From contig CAVWLO010000003.1 of assembly GCA_963755985.1 (NCBI GenBank), forward strand, positions 678,537 through 742,536: a stretch of 64,000 bases of DNA, in the 5' to 3' direction. The stretch comes from an uncultured Acidimicrobiaceae bacterium. Its GTDB lineage: Bacteria; Actinomycetota; Acidimicrobiia; Acidimicrobiales; RAAP-2. The position numbers and the translations under genes were made by a program. Below are positions 58,966-64,000 of this stretch, in pieces (the stretch's first letter is position 1; the number at the start of each line of letters is the position of its first letter). The notes beneath the pieces are model-generated. The model saw nothing but the letters and a program-made list of their open reading frames with translations, made no database searches and was not told where the DNA came from.

Positions 58966-60203
58966 CCCTCGACCTCGGCACTGCTCGCTTCGCCGCTCTC
59001 GGCACTGCCTCCCACGCCGCTCTCGACGCTGCCTCCCACGCCGCTCTCGACGCTGCTTCCGACGCCGCTCTCGACGCTGCTTCCGACGCCGCTCTCGACG
59101 CTGCTTCCGACGCCGCTCTCGACGCTGCCTCCGACGCCGCTCTCGACCCCGGCCCGGCCCTCTCGGTGGACCAGCTCGACCAGCTGCTCGAGGATGCCCG
59201 GATCGGTCTCGGGGAGCACGCCATGACCCAGGTTGAACACGTGTCCGGGCTCGACTCCGGTCCGGCTGAGGACGTCGCGGGCCTCATCGGCCACAACCTC
59301 CCACGGCGCCAGACACAGGACCGGATCCAGGTTGCCCTGGACAGCCAGGTGGGGCCCGATCCGACGGCGGGCGGCGTCGAGCGGCACGCGCCAGTCGACC
59401 CCGATGACGGTGGACCCGGCCATGGCCATCAATGGGAGCAACTCGCCCGTGCCCACGCCGAAGAGGATGGTGGGCACGTCGGGATGGGACCGGCCGAGCT
59501 GGGTGAAGAGGCGCCGGGTGGCGGGGAGGACGAACTCCTCGTAGTCACGGGGGGTGAGGATCCCGGCCCAGCTGTCGAAGACCTGGGCCGCGGAGGCGCC
59601 GGCGTCGAGCTGTGAGCGCAACGAGGCGACGGCCAGATCGGTCAATCGGTCGACCAGGCTGTGCCAGAGCTTCGGGTCGGTGTGCATGAGGGACTTGATC
59701 CTGGTGAAGTTCTTCGAGGGGCCGCCCTCGACCAGGTAGCTGCCGACGGTGAACGGGCCGCCGGCGAAGCCGATCAGCGGCACGGTGAGCTCGCCGGCCA
59801 GGATCCGAACGGCCTCGGCCACATACGGGGCGTCCGTCCCTGGGTCGAGCGGGCGCAGTCGCTCCAGATCGGCCGCCGAACGGAACGGCTGGTCGACCAC
59901 CGGGCCTACGCCGGGGGCGACGTCCACGCCGAAACCGATGGCGGCGACCGGGACGATGATGTCGGAGAAGAAGATGGCCGCGTCGGTGCCGTAGCGGCGG
60001 ACGGGCTGCTGAGTCAGCTCGGCCACCAGCTCGGGCTGGGCGATCGCCTCCAGGATGCTTCCGGGGCCCCTGGCCGCTAGGTACTCGGGGAGCGAGCGGC
60101 CGGCCTGCCGCATGAACCACACGGGCACGTGCGATGTCGGCTGGCGTCGGCATGCCCTGATGAACGGCGAGTCATCGTGATTGACGCGGGCGGGAGCGGG
60201 CAC
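58962..60203 (-). CDS. hemE: uroporphyrinogen decarboxylase with a repeat tail
   Basis: It carries PVWFMRQAGRSLPEY, FSDI, FAGGPFT and FNLGHGV. The C-terminal ~60 aa are VESGVG(S/G)S repeats. Confidence 0.92.
   Translation of the reverse strand: MPAPARVNHDDSPFIRACRRQPTSHVPVWFMRQAGRSLPEYLAARGPGSILEAIAQPELVAELTQQPVRRYGTDAAIFFSDIIVPVAAIGFGVDVAPGVGPVVDQPFRSAADLERLRPLDPGTDAPYVAEAVRILAGELTVPLIGFAGGPFTVGSYLVEGGPSKNFTRIKSLMHTDPKLWHSLVDRLTDLAVASLRSQLDAGASAAQVFDSWAGILTPRDYEEFVLPATRRLFTQLGRSHPDVPTILFGVGTGELLPLMAMAGSTVIGVDWRVPLDAARRRIGPHLAVQGNLDPVLCLAPWEVVADEARDVLSRTGVEPGHVFNLGHGVLPETDPGILEQLVELVHREGRAGVESGVGGSVESGVGSSVESGVGSSVESGVGSSVESGVGGSVESGVGGSAESGEASSAEVEG
58992..59154. repeat. 24-bp x6.5 in-frame tandem repeat at the 3' end of hemE, ending at the hemE/hemH overlap
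   Basis: The unit is gccgctctcgacgctgc(c/t)tcc(c/g)ac. Confidence 0.95.
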
Positions 60204-60393
60204 CCCCTGACGCTACCGCTGGGCCCGCGCCCCGGCGGAGTCGGCAACGGCCCCCCGACGGAGGTCCCGGCCGAGGGCCCCGGATGATCACGGTGCGAGT
60301 GGCGGCTGCGCTGGGGACAGCGACGTTCACCGCGGCCCGTGGGCGCACCGCCGTCACGGGGACCGGCTTGGACGGGCGGCCTCGCCGAGGGCG

Positions 60394-60399
60394 TAGAAT
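60394..60399 (+). promoter_or_regulatory. candidate -10 hexamer upstream of the helicase gene
   Basis: TAGAAT lies 47 nt before the GTG start. A hairpin tccccg(aagccggta)cgggga follows, then the RBS gaaggagg. No well-spaced -35 is present. Confidence 0.2.
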
Positions 60400-60726
60400 C
60401 GTAAGTTCCCCGAAGCCGGTACGGGGAGTTGCGAAGGAGGTGCCGGTGGGGGTCGAGCGCGAGCTGCAGGCAGAGCAGGAGTTCGTTGACCTGGCCTACG
60501 CGCGCCTCGACGCCATGCGCTCGGACGCCAACCGCATGCTCGAGGGGGTTCTCGACCTCGGCAAGGGCGGGACGTTCCAGTCCCGGACCGAGCGGGACGT
60601 GATCGTCCGAACCAGCCTGGCCCGGCTCGAGCAACTCGATATCGGCGATCAGGCCCTGACCTTTGGGCGGATCGACCGCGTGGTGGGCGACCAGAACGGT
60701 TCGGCCTCAGGAAACGGGGCTGACTC

Positions 60727-60795
60727 CGGCCCGACCCAATCAGGCCCGACCCGATCAGGCCGAGACCGAACCCGGCCCGACCGAGCCCGGCCGGG
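60727..60795 (+). repeat. 15-bp-period degenerate repeat insertion in the HelD-like gene at the frame break
   Basis: The sequence runs cggcccgacccaatcag / gcccgacccgatcag / gccgagaccgaaccc / ggcccgaccgagccc. Confidence 0.8.
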
Positions 60796-61022
60796 GCCCC
60801 GCCGACGAGCTGAGGACCGAGGTGTTCCACATCGGCAGGTTGGCGGTGCACGGCGCCGATCACGAGCCCCTGGTCGTCGACTGGCGGGCTCCGGTGGCTG
60901 AGCCCTTTTACCGGGCCACCGGACGTGATCCCCAGGGTCTCGTGCTCCGGCGTCATCTGGCCCTCGACGGCCGATCGGTGGTTGGGGTAGAGGACGAGTG
61001 GTTCGCCATTCCCGGCGGCGGT

Positions 61023-61112
61023 ACAGATGGGGCCCCCGCAGACGGGGCTGCCGCAGACGGGGCAGCCGCAGACGGGGCAGCCGCAGACGGGGCAGCCGCA
61101 GACGGGGGCCGG
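61023..61112 (+). repeat. 15-bp x6 in-frame tandem repeat in the HelD-like gene
   Basis: The unit is gcagacggggcagcc, encoding ADGAA. Confidence 0.95.
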
Positions 61113-63046
61113 TCAGGTGGTGTAGCCGGGAGCGCCGACGGGGTTGCCGGTTCCAACGGAGCACGGGCGGAAACTGCTGAGCCGGGCACGGACGGCCAGG
61201 GCTCGGGCGAGCTGATCCTGGGGGACGGGACCCTCGGCGGCCCCGGAGCCCTCCTGGCTGCGCTGGACCGGGCTCGCTCGGGACGGATGCAGGACATCGT
61301 CTCCACGATCCAGCGCGAGCAGGACGAGATCATCCGCTCCCCGCTGCCCGGCGTCATGGTCGTCCAGGGGGGCCCCGGCACCGGCAAGACCGCCGTGGCC
61401 CTGCACCGGGCCGCCTACCTCCTCTATACCCACCGCTTCCCCCTGGAGCGACAGGGTGTCCTCGTCGTCGGCCCGAACCCTCTATTCCTCCGGTACATCG
61501 AGCAGGTCCTGCCCTCGCTGGGCGAGACCGGAGTGACCCTGTCAACCGTGTCGGGCCTGGTGCCCGAGGTCCGAGCCCGGGAATCGGAGCCCGAGGACGT
61601 AGCCCGCCTCAAGGGCGACATCCGCATGGCCAAGTTCATCGGGCGTGCCGTTCGGACCCGCCAGCGCCCGCTGGCCGAGGATGTGACCATTCCCTATGGC
61701 GCCCTGCTGCTTCGGCTCACCGCCGAGGACACCAAGGAGATCGTGGCCCTGGCCCGCCGCCGCCCCGGCGGCCACAACGCCCGGCGGCGTATGGTCGAGC
61801 AGGGAGTGGTCGGGGTGCTGGCCGACCGCGCCCGGCGGACCCAACAGACACTGAGCGCGGGCCCGTCGAGCACTATTGCCGCCTTTCCCGGCTACGAGGA
61901 CCCCTCCGAGCTGGCCGAGGACGAGTTCGACCTCGAGGACTTCTCCCGCAAGGTGCGGCGGGTGCCGGAGCTGGCTACCGCCCTCGACCGGATGTGGCCG
62001 CGCCTCTCGCCTCACGAGCTGCTGCACGATCTCTTCGGGGCTCCCGCACTCGTCCGTGCCGCCGGGAGAGGGAGCCTGTCACCGGCCGAGGAGGCCCTTC
62101 TCTTCCGGAAGCGGTCGGAGTCCTTTGACGCCGTGCCCTGGACCCCGGCCGACGCCGCCCTGATCGACGAGGCCCGCCACATCCTGGGTCCGCGGAACGG
62201 GAACAGCGAAGACGCCGTCCGCAACTACGGCCACATCGTGGTGGACGAGGTCCAGGACCTCTCACCGATGCAGCTCCGCATGCTCGCCCGGCGCTCGCTG
62301 TCGGGGTCGATGACGGTCGTCGGCGACATCGCCCAGGCCACGGCGCCCTGGGCCCCACGCCGCTGGAGCGACATCACCGACCATCTCCCCAGGCGCCGAC
62401 CGCCCAAGCTGGTCGAGCTGACGGTGAGCTACCGCACCCCGGCCGAGGTGGTCGAGGTGGCCGCCCGGGTCCTGGCTGAGGCCGCCCCCGAGCTCAAGCC
62501 GCCCACGCCCGTCCGCAAGACGGGTGTCCCCCCATGCGTGGTCGCCGCCGAGCCGACGGCCGACCACGTCTTGCTGGCCCGCCGGGTTGCCCAGGCGGCG
62601 ATCGAGGAGGTGGCCGCCGTCGGGTCGGGCCGGGTCGCCGTGCTCGCCCCCGAGGAGCTCTTGACCCCCATCGCCGCCGCCCTGGCCGAGGCGGGGTCCC
62701 CGGTGGTCGATCCCCGGGACATGCGTCGCGGCGGGCTGGCCGACCCGTTGGTCCTCCTGGCTGCCGGGGCGGCCAACGGCCTGGAATTCGACGCCGTGGT
62801 CGTGGCCGAGCCCAGCATGATCGCCGGGACCACGGCCCGCGGACTGCGGACCCTGTATGTCGCCCTGACCCGGCCGACCCAGCGCCTGACCCTGGTGCAT
62901 GCCGCACCCCTCCCCTCCCCGCTGGCCGGCCTCGACTGACACACGATCGTCACACCAGGTTCACCCTCCGGGGCCGGCCTGGCGGCTGACACCGCCCCAG
63001 GCTCAGTGTTGGCCCCAGGTGCACCGTATCGACTAAGAAATACGCC

Positions 63047-63640
63047 GTGACTGAGGCTCTGGCGGTCGAGCAACCTACGCCTGTCCGGCATCGCCCGGAC
63101 CGCCCGCCCATGCTCGCCGTCGGCGTCATGATCTGGCTCGGTTCAGAGGTCATGTTCTTCAGCGCCCTGTTCGCGGCCTTCTTCACCATCAGGGCCCATG
63201 CCTCGGTCTGGCCGCCCAGGGGCACCGAGCTCGACACCATTCAGGCCGCAGTCTTCACCCTCATCCTCCTGGCATCGAGTTTCACGATGCAAAAGGCCGT
63301 CTTCGACCAGGAGAAGGGGCTGCGCAAGAGCGCAAAGGTCTGGGTGGTGATCACCATCTTCATGGGTGCGGCCTTCGTCGGGAACCAGTTCTACGAGTGG
63401 ATCACGCTCACCACCCGACCGGGCACCAACGCCTACGGCTCGCTGTTCTTCATCATGACCGGGATCCACGGGCTCCATGTGTTCTTGGGCCTGGTAGCCA
63501 TGGTGTTCCTCCTCGGCCGGTTGAAGGGGCCAAAGGGCGACCCGGGGGAGACCGCGGTCTTCCAGGGAGTCAGCTACTACTGGCACTTCGTGGATATCGT
63601 CTGGGTCGGCCTGTTCAGCTGCCTCTTCCTCCTCAAATAG
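63047..63640 (+). CDS. ctaE: cytochrome c oxidase subunit III
   Basis: It carries WLGSEVMFFSALFAAFF, GIHGLHVFLGL and YYWHFVDIVWVGLF. Confidence 0.9.
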   Translation: MTEALAVEQPTPVRHRPDRPPMLAVGVMIWLGSEVMFFSALFAAFFTIRAHASVWPPRGTELDTIQAAVFTLILLASSFTMQKAVFDQEKGLRKSAKVWVVITIFMGAAFVGNQFYEWITLTTRPGTNAYGSLFFIMTGIHGLHVFLGLVAMVFLLGRLKGPKGDPGETAVFQGVSYYWHFVDIVWVGLFSCLFLLK

Positions 63641-63652
63641 GTGCGACGAAGC

Positions 63653-64000
63653 ATGCGCCGTCTCTTCCAAGGTCGATATCTGGTCCCAGGCCTCCTCTTG
63701 GTGAGCGTCGGACTGTTCGGGCTCCTTGCCTTCTCGCCTTCGTCGGGGGCGCAACCCAGTTCGTCCTCGTCCAGCGCTTCCAACTCGGGGTCATCGGGTT
63801 CGGGGCTGAAGACCTCGTCGGGCAACTACCCCCAGACCCCCGGGTCCTCCTCGTCACCGAACCAGAGCCCCTCGGGAGACGGCATCTACAACGTGGCCCT
63901 GCCCAACTCGTTCATCGCCCCTGGCCAGGCGCTCTTTGAGGCCAACTGTTCCAGTTGCCACGGGGACGACGCGGCGGGCACTGCTCGCGCCCCGAACCTC
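63653..64000 (+). CDS. qcrC: cytochrome bc1 complex diheme cytochrome c subunit, 5' partial (runs off the window)
   Basis: My own translation from ATG 63653 gives the signal/TM segment LLLVSVGLFGLLAF and a Ser-rich linker. The first heme motif is ANCSSCHGDD. The position after ctaE is typical for actinobacteria. Confidence 0.75.
   Translation, partial: MRRLFQGRYLVPGLLLVSVGLFGLLAFSPSSGAQPSSSSSSASNSGSSGSGLKTSSGNYPQTPGSSSSPNQSPSGDGIYNVALPNSFIAPGQALFEANCSSCHGDDAAGTARAPNL

Larger units (their letters stand above)
60446..62939 (+). pseudogene. HelD-like (helicase IV / UvrD-family, RNA-polymerase-associated) ATPase, frame broken inside a repeat insertion
   Basis: The N-part is in frame 2 (ELQAEQEFVDLAYARLDAMR...ALTFGRID). 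The remainder is in frame 0 (EVFHIGRLAV..EPLVVDWRAPVAEPFYRAT, GGPGTGKTAVALHRAAYLL, HIVVDEVQDLSPMQ, LYVALTRPTQRL). The switch must lie between 60677 and 60806. Confidence 0.75.

Overview
This is a 64-kb chromosomal segment from a high-GC actinobacterium (Actinomycetota). All product calls rest on motif recognition and gene order only; no database search was possible. The phylum call is supported by several markers. These are mycothiol glycosyltransferase mshA with its YbjN-like neighbour, Ni-superoxide dismutase sodN with its protease sodX, and proC followed by a small excisionase-type HTH gene. Also present are a rex-hemA-hemC-cobA-hemD-hemB-hemL block, a complete nuoA-N operon (29.1-45.9 kb), a hemE-hemH-hemY-lnt block, and ctaE-qcrC at the right edge. 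Accessory content includes one intact IS982-like element directly behind sodN, a DUF222/HNH gene, a SAM methyltransferase, two tandem paralogous membrane proteins and one tRNA-Lys. Two linked observations stand out. First, the window holds more than 20 short tandem-repeat arrays with units of 9-48 bp. Each array has its own unit, and they sit mainly at gene termini, in linker regions, in intercistronic gaps and in divergent promoter regions. All arrays inside coding sequence have unit lengths divisible by 3, whereas non-coding arrays include 19-, 20- and 22-bp units. Second, several accessory genes have broken reading frames. One break is explained exactly by a 5-bp tandem duplication and another lies inside a repeat insertion, while the roughly 27 kb of nuo and heme genes are intact. 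I found no CRISPR array, no rRNA, and no recognisable defence or toxin system. In high-GC DNA most long antisense ORFs in the track are shadows and were ignored.
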